From an uncultured Thermoleophilaceae bacterium (GTDB taxonomy: Bacteria; Actinomycetota; Thermoleophilia; Solirubrobacterales; Thermoleophilaceae): a stretch of DNA of 64,000 nt. The notes below the pieces were generated by a model, which saw nothing but the letters and a program-made list of their open reading frames with translations, was not told the DNA's origin and ran no database searches. Positions 9,366 to 17,323 of this stretch are shown here, in pieces (within the stretch, counting starts at the first letter, position 1; each line of letters opens with the position of its first letter). A program made the position numbers and the translations under genes. The stretch spans positions 5,405 through 69,404 of the forward strand of contig CAVSJF010000025.1 in assembly GCA_963728155.1 (NCBI GenBank). The letters are read 5' to 3'.

Positions 9366-11497
9366 GCACGGCGACGCAAACAGCTACCCGCAATGAGCAG
9401 TCCCGGGCCCGCTACCCGGACAGCGAGGGGTACGTCGAGCGCTCCGGCGTGCGCATCTTCTACGAGGTCTACGGCGAGGGCGAGCGGACGATCCTGCTCC
9501 TGCCCACCTGGTCGATCATCCACTCGCGCCACTGGAAGGCTCAGATTCCGTACCTCGCGCGCCATTTCCGGGTGGTGACCTTCGACGGCCGGGGAAACGG
9601 CCGCTCCGACCGCCCAAGCGGAGCGGAGGCCTACCTGGCGCGTGAGTTCGCCGACGACGCCCTTGCGGTGATGGACGCCACCGGCACCGAGAGCGCTCTG
9701 CTGGTGGCTCTCTCCCGCGGCACCCATTGGGCCACGATGCTCGCCGCCGACCATGGCGACCGAGTCGACGGCGTGGTCTACATCGGCTCCGCCGTTCCCC
9801 ACTCGGAGATAACCATCGAACGCGACGCCCATGACTTCGAGAGGGAGCTGGAGACCGACGAGGGCTGGGCCAAGTTCAACCGCCACTACTGGCTGCGCGA
9901 CTACCGCGGTTTCCTCGAGTTCTTCTTCAGCAGGGTCTTCAGCGAGCCGCACTCCACCAAGCAGATCGAGGACTGCGTCGGCTGGGGTCTGGAGACCGAT
10001 CCCGAGACGCTGATCGACACCAACGACGGAGCCGACCAATTCGACCGCGAATCGTTCCGCGAGTACGCAGCCCGTGTGCAGTGCCCGGTGCTCGTGATCC
10101 ACGGCGACTGCGACGAGGTTCGGCCCCACTCCCAGGCTGCGGCGTTCGCCGAGGAGATCGGCGGCGAGCTGGTGACCCTGGAGGGCTCGGGACACTGTCC
10201 GCATGTCCGCGACCCCGTGACGGTCAACCTGCTCGTGCGCGGCTTCGCCGAGCCACAGCGCCCGGCCGCCCGGACCTGGATCCGCGGACGAAGCCGGCGC
10301 CGGCGCGCGCTGTACGTGTGCTCGCCGATCGGGCTGGGGCACGCGCAGCGCGACGTGGCCATAGCGAAGGAGCTGCGCAAGCGCGTGCCCGATCTGGAGA
10401 TCGACTGGCTGGCTCAGGATCCCGTGACGAGGGTGCTGGACGCCGAGGGCGAGCGCGTGCATCCGCTGAGCCGCGAGCTGGCCAACGAGTCGCGCCACTT
10501 CGAGTCGGAGTCGGCCGAGCACGACCTGCATTGCTTCCAGGCCTGGCGTCGGATGGACGAGATCCTGCTCGCGAACTTCATGGTCTTCCACGACCTCGTG
10601 AGCGAGGAGAGCTACGACGTCTGGATCGGTGACGAGGCCTGGGAGCTCGACTACTACCTGCACGAGAACCCGGAGCAGAAGCGCGCCGCATACGTGTGGT
10701 TGACCGACTTCGTCGGCTGGCTGCCGATGCGGGACGGCGGCGACCACGAGCAGCACCTAACCGCGGACTACAACGCCGAGATGATCGAGCACATCGCCCG
10801 CTATCCGCGGGTGCGCGACCAGGCACTGTTCGTGGGCAACCGGGAGGACGTGGTGGACGACTCGTTCGGGGCCGATCTGCCGCGGATCGGCGACTGGACC
10901 GATCAGCACTTCGACTTCGTCGGCTACGTCCAGGGCTTCGACCCGGCCGAGTTCCGGGACCGCGAGCGGCTGCGCGACGAGCTCGGCTACCGCGAGGACG
11001 AGCGGGTGTGCATCGTCACCGTCGGCGGCTCGGGCGTGGGCGCGGATCTCCTGCAGCGCGTCACGGCGGCCTTCCCGGCGGCCAGGCAGCGCGTGCCCAA
11101 CCTGCGCATGATCGCGGTCTGCGGCCCCAGGATCGATCCCGCCTCGCTCTCACCCGTGGAGGGCCTGGAGGTGCGGCCCTACGTGCACAACCTCTATCGC
11201 CATCTCGCCGCGTGCGACCTCGCCGTCGTGCAGGGAGGACTCACCACCGCCATGGAGCTCACCGCCAACGGCCGGCCATTTCTCTACTTCCCGCTGCGCC
11301 ACCACTTCGAGCAGAACTTCCATGTGCACCATCGGCTCTGCCGCTACGGCTCCGGGCGGAGGATGGACTTCGAGGAATCCACTCCGGACGTGATCGCCCA
11401 GGCGATCGCCGAGGAGATCGGCCGCGAGGTCCAGTACCGGCCGGTGGAGACCGACGGCGCGGCACGGGCGGCGGAGAGGATCGCTCAGCTCCTCTAG
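9362..11497 (+). CDS. alpha/beta-hydrolase domain fused to a GT-B-type (MGT/GT28-like) glycosyltransferase-like domain
   Basis: The N-terminal ~290 aa is an alpha/beta hydrolase (ILLLPTWSIIHSRHW, ...LEGSGHCPHVRDP). Then RRRRALYVCSPIGLGHAQRDVAIAKELRK... runs to the end. There is no stop or alternative start at the junction in any frame. Confidence 0.75.
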   Translation: MSTATQTATRNEQSRARYPDSEGYVERSGVRIFYEVYGEGERTILLLPTWSIIHSRHWKAQIPYLARHFRVVTFDGRGNGRSDRPSGAEAYLAREFADDALAVMDATGTESALLVALSRGTHWATMLAADHGDRVDGVVYIGSAVPHSEITIERDAHDFERELETDEGWAKFNRHYWLRDYRGFLEFFFSRVFSEPHSTKQIEDCVGWGLETDPETLIDTNDGADQFDRESFREYAARVQCPVLVIHGDCDEVRPHSQAAAFAEEIGGELVTLEGSGHCPHVRDPVTVNLLVRGFAEPQRPAARTWIRGRSRRRRALYVCSPIGLGHAQRDVAIAKELRKRVPDLEIDWLAQDPVTRVLDAEGERVHPLSRELANESRHFESESAEHDLHCFQAWRRMDEILLANFMVFHDLVSEESYDVWIGDEAWELDYYLHENPEQKRAAYVWLTDFVGWLPMRDGGDHEQHLTADYNAEMIEHIARYPRVRDQALFVGNREDVVDDSFGADLPRIGDWTDQHFDFVGYVQGFDPAEFRDRERLRDELGYREDERVCIVTVGGSGVGADLLQRVTAAFPAARQRVPNLRMIAVCGPRIDPASLSPVEGLEVRPYVHNLYRHLAACDLAVVQGGLTTAMELTANGRPFLYFPLRHHFEQNFHVHHRLCRYGSGRRMDFEESTPDVIAQAIAEEIGREVQYRPVETDGAARAAERIAQLL

Positions 11498-11526
11498 GCG
11501 ATCGCGGGGATACGATCCGCCTCGAG

Positions 11527-13161
11527 GTGAATGCCGTCGAGCTCGAGCGCGGCCGCGACGCCCATGCGAGGCGGGAGTGGACGCTCGCCTACGAATCGCT
11601 GTCGCGCGCCGATGCCGAGGCGCCGCTCGATGCCGAGTATCTGGAGCTGCTGGCGACGTCGGCCTACATGCTCGGTCGCGACGACGACTACGTCCGCCTC
11701 CTCGAGCGAGCCCATCGGGAGTATCTGGAAGCCGGTGAGACCATGCGCGCAGCACGCTGTGGATTCTGGCTGGGCATCACGTTCATGCTGCGCGGCGAGG
11801 CCGGCGCCGGGAGCGGGTGGATAGGTCGCGCGCGGCGGCTCGTCGAGGCCGAGGAGAACGACTGCGTCGAGCGGGGCTACGTGCTGATGCCGCTCATCTT
11901 CCAGCATGAGGCCGCCGGCGACTACGAAGCCGCGGTCGCGGTAGCGGCGAAGGCCGCTGCCATCGCCGAGGGCTTCGGCGACAGGGATCTGTTCGCCCTC
12001 GCCGCGCAGGCACAGGGCGGCCTCCTGGTGATGGCCGGCCAGGTCGACGGTGGTCTGCGCCTGATGGACGAGGCGATGGTGTCGGTGACGGCGGGAGAGC
12101 TGTCGCCGATCGTCAGCGGCTTGGTCTACTGCGGAGTGATCCTGGGCTGCCAGGCGGCCTTCGAGCCGGGCCGCGCGCGCGAGTGGACCGCCGCGCTGGC
12201 GCAGTGGTGCGAGCAGCAGCCGGACATGGTGGCCTTCACCGGCCGCTGCCTGACCCATCGGGCCGAGATCATGTGCCTGCAAGGTGGCTGGGCCGAGGCG
12301 CTCGCAGAGGCGCGCCGGGCCGGAATCCGGTGCGAGGAGAGCCACAACCCGAACGCGGGCGGCGAGGCGGTCTACCTCGAGGGCGAGATACAGCGCCTGC
12401 GCGGAGCCCACGACGCCGCGGAGACGGCCTATCGCAGGGCCGGCCAGTGGGGGCGCGAGCCGCAGCCAGGTCTCGCGCTGCTGCGCCTGAGTCAAGGGAA
12501 AACGGATGCCGCCGCGGCCGCCATCCGCCGCGCTCTCGGTGAAACCGCCGAGCCCCCTCTGCGCGCGCGGCTGCTGCCCGCCTGCGTGGAGATCCTGCTG
12601 GCCGCGGGCGAGGTGCCGGGCGCCCGGGCGGCTTGTGAGGAGCTCGAGCAGATCGCCGACGCTCATGAGAGCGCAATGCTCGGCGCGATGGCAGCGGGCG
12701 CGCGGGGCGCGGTCAGCCTCGGCTCGGGCGATCCGCGGGCCGCCCTGCCGGCCCTGCGCCGGGCCGCGCAGCAGTGGCAGGTGCTCCAGGCGCCCTACGA
12801 AGCCGCGCGGGCGCGTGCGCTGGTGGGCCAGGCGTGCCGCGCGCTGGGAGATGACGAGGGCGCCGCGTTCGAGCTCGAGGCGGCCCGCGGCGTCTTCGCC
12901 GGGCTGGGCGCGGCGCGCGACCTGTCGCGGGTGGAGTCGCTCATCGATGCCGCGGGCGGCGGTGACGTCCACGGCCTGACCGCCCGCGAGCTCGAGGTGC
13001 TGAGACTGGTCGCCGCGGGCAAGAGCAATCGGGAGATCGCCACGGAGCTCGTGCTGAGCGAGCACACCGTCGCCCGGCACCTGCAGAACATCTTCGCCAA
13101 GCTGCGCGTGTCCTCGCGCACTGCCGCGGGCGCGTTCGCCTTCGAGCACGGGCTCACCTAG
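11527..13161 (+). CDS. LuxR-family transcriptional regulator with a long helical/TPR-like N-terminal domain
   Basis: C-terminal HTH: LTARELEVLRLVAAGKSNREIATELVLSEHTVARHLQNIFAKLRV. Start set at GTG 11527, after the stop of the preceding gene. The upstream part of the 821-aa ORF is Arg/Pro junk that overlaps gene 9362-11497. Confidence 0.85.
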   Translation: MNAVELERGRDAHARREWTLAYESLSRADAEAPLDAEYLELLATSAYMLGRDDDYVRLLERAHREYLEAGETMRAARCGFWLGITFMLRGEAGAGSGWIGRARRLVEAEENDCVERGYVLMPLIFQHEAAGDYEAAVAVAAKAAAIAEGFGDRDLFALAAQAQGGLLVMAGQVDGGLRLMDEAMVSVTAGELSPIVSGLVYCGVILGCQAAFEPGRAREWTAALAQWCEQQPDMVAFTGRCLTHRAEIMCLQGGWAEALAEARRAGIRCEESHNPNAGGEAVYLEGEIQRLRGAHDAAETAYRRAGQWGREPQPGLALLRLSQGKTDAAAAAIRRALGETAEPPLRARLLPACVEILLAAGEVPGARAACEELEQIADAHESAMLGAMAAGARGAVSLGSGDPRAALPALRRAAQQWQVLQAPYEAARARALVGQACRALGDDEGAAFELEAARGVFAGLGAARDLSRVESLIDAAGGGDVHGLTARELEVLRLVAAGKSNREIATELVLSEHTVARHLQNIFAKLRVSSRTAAGAFAFEHGLT

Positions 13162-13207
13162 TCAAGATCAACCACACGACTGCCTCGAGAGTTGGTCATA
13201 TCGCGCG

Positions 13208-14116
13208 ATGAAGCGTGCCGCCGGCGCCCGTACGGTCGCCGGTGCCATGACAACGACCCAAGCGATCACCAGCCCGCGCAGCCGACTTCTGGCCGGGCTC
13301 GACGCCGACGAGCGCCGCTTCGACGCGGCCGGCGTCGGGACGGTCGTCCTGGAGAGTGGGCAAGGCCCCCCGCTGGTGCTCTTGCACGGCGGGATCGAAT
13401 GCGGCGGCGCCGTCTGGGCGCCGGCCATACCAGCCCTTGCCGCGACCCATCGCGTGGTGGTGCCCGACCTGCCCGGGCTGGGCGAGTCCGAGCCCGCAGA
13501 GCGCCTGGACGCCTCGAACTTCGAGAGGTGGCTTCAGGCGCTGCTGGCCGCGACGTGCGATGAGCCGCCGGTGGTGGTGGCTCACTCTCTGACCGGCGGC
13601 CTGGCCGCTCGCTTCGCTGCTCGCAACGGCGCGCGGTTGCGCGGGCTCGTGATCTACGCCTCGCCCGCCGTAGGTCCATACCGCGTGCCGCTGGGGCTGC
13701 GCGTGGTCGCGCTGCGCTTCGGCCTGCGACCCACCAAGGCCAACGCCGAGCGCTTCGAGCGCTTCGCGTTCCTCGATCTCGATGTGGCCCGCCGCCGCGA
13801 TCCGGAGTGGTTCGCGGCCTTCAGCGAGTACTCGCGACTCCGCGCGGCCGTACCCCACGTGAAGCGCGCCATGGCGCAGCTGTTGAAGGCCGGCACCAAG
13901 CAGGTCCCGGATTCCGAGCTGCGGCGCATCGAAGCCCCGGCGGCGCTGCTCTGGGGCCGGCACGACCGCTTCGTCCCACTCGCCCTGGGCGAGGCCGCCG
14001 CCACCCGGCTCAACTGGCCGCTGCGTGTGATCGACCGGGCGGGCCACGTTCCGCACATCGAGCAGCGCGAAGCCTGGCTGGACGCACTGCAAACCCAACG
14101 AAGGAGCACAGCATGA
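13208..14116 (+). CDS. alpha/beta hydrolase
   Basis: PLVLLHGG, nucleophile elbow VVAHSLTGG, and a C-terminal GHVPHIEQ. Confidence 0.85.
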   Translation: MKRAAGARTVAGAMTTTQAITSPRSRLLAGLDADERRFDAAGVGTVVLESGQGPPLVLLHGGIECGGAVWAPAIPALAATHRVVVPDLPGLGESEPAERLDASNFERWLQALLAATCDEPPVVVAHSLTGGLAARFAARNGARLRGLVIYASPAVGPYRVPLGLRVVALRFGLRPTKANAERFERFAFLDLDVARRRDPEWFAAFSEYSRLRAAVPHVKRAMAQLLKAGTKQVPDSELRRIEAPAALLWGRHDRFVPLALGEAAATRLNWPLRVIDRAGHVPHIEQREAWLDALQTQRRSTA

Positions 14117-14947
14117 CCACCCAAGAAGTGACACAGACGCGCACCGCGTGGGACGAGATCGCGCCGGGCTACGACGAGTTCGTAACGCCCTCGCACATGT
14201 GGCTGGCCAATGAGGGCCTGCGCCGCGCCGGGCTGCGCCCCGGGATGCGGTTCCTCGACGTGGCCGCCGGGCAGCGGCGCTCTCAGCATCCCCGCCGCGC
14301 GCCTGGGCGCGCAGGTGCTCGCCACCGACCTGTCGCCGGGGATGCTGGAGCGCCTCGAGCAGCGCGCGCGAGACGAGGGGCTCGACGTCGAGACCCGGGT
14401 CATGGACGGCCACGCACTCGATCTCGACGACAACCGCTTCGACCTCGCGGGCTCGCAGTTCGGCGTGATGCTGTTTCCCGACATGCCGAAGGGCATCAGC
14501 GAGATGGCCCGGGCGGTCAGGCCCGGCGGCCGGGTGCTGATGAACGTCTACGGCGCTCCGCACGAGGTCGAGTTCTTCGGCTTCTTCGTGGCTGCCATCC
14601 AGTCCGTGGTCCCCGGGTTCGAGGGTCCCCCCACCGACCCCGCTCCGCTGCCCTTCCAGCTCCAGGATCCCGAGCGAGTGCGCAACGAACTGGCGGCCGC
14701 TGGGCTGCGGGAGGTTCGGGTTGAGACGATCACCGAGGCGCTCGAGTTCCGGTCCGGAGAGCACCTGTGGGACTGGCTCGTGAACAGCAACCCCATCGCC
14801 GGAGCGATCCTCTCCGAGCTGGACCTGACCGGCGACCAGAAAGCCGCGGTCCGGAAGACGCTGGGGCGCATGGTCGTCGAGCGCTCCGGCGCGAAGGGGC
14901 CGGCGGTGCTCACCAACCCGGTCAACATCGGGATCGGTTTGAAGTGA
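14113..14947 (+). pseudogene. class I SAM-dependent methyltransferase; one frame break at the ggg run 14269-14271
   Basis: ATG 14113 (RBS AAGGAG; ATGA overlap with the upstream stop) gives MTTQEVTQTRTAWDEIAPGYDEFVTPSHMW...MRFLDVAAG. The sequence continues in the next frame as SGALSIPAARLGAQVLATDLSPGMLERL...RPGGRVLMNVYG. Confidence 0.85.
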
Positions 14948-14971
14948 CGCGCGGGAGCGCTGTGCGTTAAC

Positions 14972-14989
14972 ATACAGGCATGCATGTAT
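14972..14989. promoter_or_regulatory. 18-bp imperfect palindrome ATACAGGCATGCATGTAT that spans the ATG of the TetR gene
   Basis: 16 of 18 positions are self-complementary. It sits in a local AT-rich patch (gttaacatacaggcatgcatgtatctatagg). ATG 14980 lies inside it. Confidence 0.45.
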
Positions 14990-15597
14990 CTATAGGTCGG
15001 GCCAGCCCCCGGGCGACCCAGGCCGAGCGGAGCGAGCGCACCCGCGCCGCCCTGCTCGAGTCCGCCGCCCGGGGGCTGTCCCGCTACGGATACGGCAACC
15101 TGGTCCTGGAGCGGGTGGCGAGCGACGCGGGCTACACGCGCGGGGCGCTCTATCACCAGTTCGAGGACAAGGAGGACCTCGCGCTGGCGGTAATCGATTG
15201 GGTCGATGAGACGTGGCAACAGGAGGTCGGGCGGCTCGTGGAGCAGGAGGCCGAGCCGGTGGACGCGCTGATGGCCCTCGCTCGCGGTCACGCCGTCTAC
15301 TGTCGCCGGGACGTCGCCCGGGTGGCCATGGCGCTTAGGCTGGAGTTCAGCGGTCGCGACCACCCCGTGGGGCGGCACCTCGAGCGGGTGTCCGAGGGCC
15401 TCGTCACGCGCTGCACCCGCCTCATCCGCGCGGGGCGCAGAGCGGGGACGATCCCGGCCGGCCCCCCGGCCCGAGCCGTCGCGCTTGCGTTTGTCGGGGC
15501 CATGGAGGGCACGGTCATACAGGTCGCCGGGCAGGTGCCGCACGATGAGGTCCTCACGGCACGCGCGGCCCGCGGTGTGCTCGGGCTGGCGCCGTGA
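14980..15597 (+). CDS. TetR-family transcriptional regulator
   Basis: RSERTRAALLESAARGLSRYGYGNLVLERVASDAGYTRGALYHQFEDKEDL. Confidence 0.9.
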   Translation: MHVSIGRASPRATQAERSERTRAALLESAARGLSRYGYGNLVLERVASDAGYTRGALYHQFEDKEDLALAVIDWVDETWQQEVGRLVEQEAEPVDALMALARGHAVYCRRDVARVAMALRLEFSGRDHPVGRHLERVSEGLVTRCTRLIRAGRRAGTIPAGPPARAVALAFVGAMEGTVIQVAGQVPHDEVLTARAARGVLGLAP

Positions 15598-15631
15598 TCA
15601 CGCGAATCTCCTACAGAAAGGCGGTCTTCCC

Positions 15632-16000
15632 ATGCATCCGTTCCGCGAGGCGGTAGAGACGGGCGAGATCGACGGCGTGCTCGAGTTGGTCTCGCCGGAT
15701 GTCGTGTTCAGCAGCCCGGTGGTGTTTCGCCCCTACCACGGGCGTGACACGCTCGGGGTGATCCTCCGTGCCGTCACGCGCGTGTTCGACGACTTCCGCT
15801 ACGAACGCGAGATCGGTTCCGACGGAGCCGAGGACCATGCCCTCCTGTTCCGAGCGAGCGTCGGAGACCGCGAGCTGCAGGGGTGCGACTTCCTCCACAT
15901 CGGCGAGGACGGGCTGATCGACGAGTTCACCGTGATGGTCCGCCCGCTGTCGGCGGCGCTCGCGCTCGCGGAGGCGATGCGCGCCGAGGTGCCCGCATGA
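15632..16000 (+). CDS. SnoaL-like / NTF2-fold protein
   Basis: MHPFREAVETGEIDGVLELVSPDVVFSSPVVFRPYHGRDTLGVILRAV... Internal ATG chosen, 35 nt after the TetR stop. Confidence 0.65.
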   Translation: MHPFREAVETGEIDGVLELVSPDVVFSSPVVFRPYHGRDTLGVILRAVTRVFDDFRYEREIGSDGAEDHALLFRASVGDRELQGCDFLHIGEDGLIDEFTVMVRPLSAALALAEAMRAEVPA

Positions 16001-16590
16001 GGCTGCCGAACAGCGCCCACACCGCTCAGCCGTGGCGAATCCACGAGGTCGCACCCGACTTCCGCCTCGAGGACGTGTGGGAGCTGCCGGTCACGGGCGG
16101 CCCGGACGATTTCGCGCGGCTGGTGGAGGAGTTTGCCTCGGCCGAGCCGGCGCAGGGTGCCCCGGGCCCCGTCCGCGCGCTCTGGGTGATCCGCTGGAAG
16201 CTCGGGGAGCTGCTCGGCTTGGACGATGAGGCGGGCGGGCTCGGCTCGAGGGTGCCCACGCTGCGCGACCGGCTACCCGAGGACCTGCGCGAGGCACCGC
16301 CCGGCCCGGAGTTCGCCTCGCTCCCCTTCAAGTCCCTCTATCTGCTCGAGGACGAGTGGGCGGCGGAGACCGCCAACCGGACCGTGCACGGCGTGCTGCA
16401 CATCGGACGGGTCCCGGACGGGACGGGCGGCTTCCGTGCCCGGATGGCCGTCTTGGTCAAGCCCAACGGACTGCTCGGGACCTCGTACATGGCCGCTATC
16501 ACCCCGTTCCGGCGTCTGATCGTGTACCCGGCGATGATGCGACGGATCGAACGCGAGGCTCGCGCTCCCCTGAGCGGCGGCTCCGTCTAG
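15997..16590 (+). CDS. DUF2867-like protein
   Basis: ATGA overlap with the upstream gene. MRLPNSAHTAQPWRIHEVAPDFRLEDVWELPV...MAVLVKPNGLLGTSYMAAITPFRRLIVYPAMM. Confidence 0.6.
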   Translation: MRLPNSAHTAQPWRIHEVAPDFRLEDVWELPVTGGPDDFARLVEEFASAEPAQGAPGPVRALWVIRWKLGELLGLDDEAGGLGSRVPTLRDRLPEDLREAPPGPEFASLPFKSLYLLEDEWAAETANRTVHGVLHIGRVPDGTGGFRARMAVLVKPNGLLGTSYMAAITPFRRLIVYPAMMRRIEREARAPLSGGSV

Positions 16591-17174
16591 CTGTGCAGGG
16601 GAGGCAGCGCCCTATCGCCGGGCGTCCGGACTCCGTCCAGCCAGATTGCGAGCACCCGGTCCCACCGCCAGCCGGGCTTCTCCGCAGCGGCCTCCGCCAC
16701 CGAGCCGATCGAGCAGACGATCGCCGGGATGTCGTCGACGGCGAGGTCTTCGCGCAGCGCGCCCGCCCCCTTCGCGACGTCGAGCAGGAGCTCGAGCTGC
16801 GTAATGAGGCCCGAGGCCACCGCCGCGGCGTGCATGCGCTCGGATCGGCTGGCCATCGCCTGGCAGAGCGCCCGGTCGGCAGCCTGCTGGGCGGCCGCCG
16901 TTTCGATGTAGTTACGGAAGGCCTCCCACGGCTCCCCCTGCGAGGCCACGCGAACCGCCTCGGTCGCGCGCTCGGCGAGGCTCTCGAAACGGCGCGTGAT
17001 CAATACGTCGAGCAGATCCTCCTTGGCAGGGAAGTGCCGGTAGACGGTGCCGACGCCGACCTTGGCCCGGCGCGCGATCTCGTCCATCTGCGCGTCGATG
17101 CCCTTCTCGGCAAACAGATCGCGGGCGGCGGAGACGATCGCGTCCCGGTTGCGCCGGGCGTCCGCCCGCATCAT
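16587..17174 (-). CDS. TetR-family transcriptional regulator, divergent from the MFS pump
   Basis: RRNRDAIVSAARDLFAEKGIDAQMDEIARRAKVGVGTVYRHFPAKEDLL. Confidence 0.9.
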   Translation of the reverse strand: MMRADARRNRDAIVSAARDLFAEKGIDAQMDEIARRAKVGVGTVYRHFPAKEDLLDVLITRRFESLAERATEAVRVASQGEPWEAFRNYIETAAAQQAADRALCQAMASRSERMHAAAVASGLITQLELLLDVAKGAGALREDLAVDDIPAIVCSIGSVAEAAAEKPGWRWDRVLAIWLDGVRTPGDRALPPLHS

Positions 17175-17231
17175 CCCCGGGCCACGAGGCTCGGCTGCCT
17201 GGTTTTGGAAGTCGTCACCTCAAGTCCTCAA

Positions 17232-17277
17232 ACGGAACGCCGATTCCGTATAGTGTGCAACATGAACCGGAATTCCG
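17232..17277. promoter_or_regulatory. two operator-like inverted repeats with the same CGGAA/TTCCG half-sites
   Basis: ACGGAA-cgccga-TTCCGT at 17232-17249 and the perfect 10-bp palindrome CGGAATTCCG at 17268-17277, both in the TetR/MFS divergent intergenic region. Confidence 0.5.
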
Positions 17278-17323
17278 CTTCCCACTATAGCCCGAACGAG
17301 GCGCAAAGGCACAAGGTGCACAC

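Noticed and set aside
10696-13161. 821-aa ORF suggesting a much larger LuxR protein.
   Set aside because: The first 277 codons overlap the hydrolase-GT gene in another frame and are Arg/Pro/Gly-rich. Coherent sequence starts at GTG 11527, after the upstream stop.
16587-16590. Convergent genes that share a palindromic CTAG for both stop codons, here and again at 46787-46790.
   Set aside because: It is a trivial consequence of TAG stops on both strands. There is no sign of function beyond compact gene packing.
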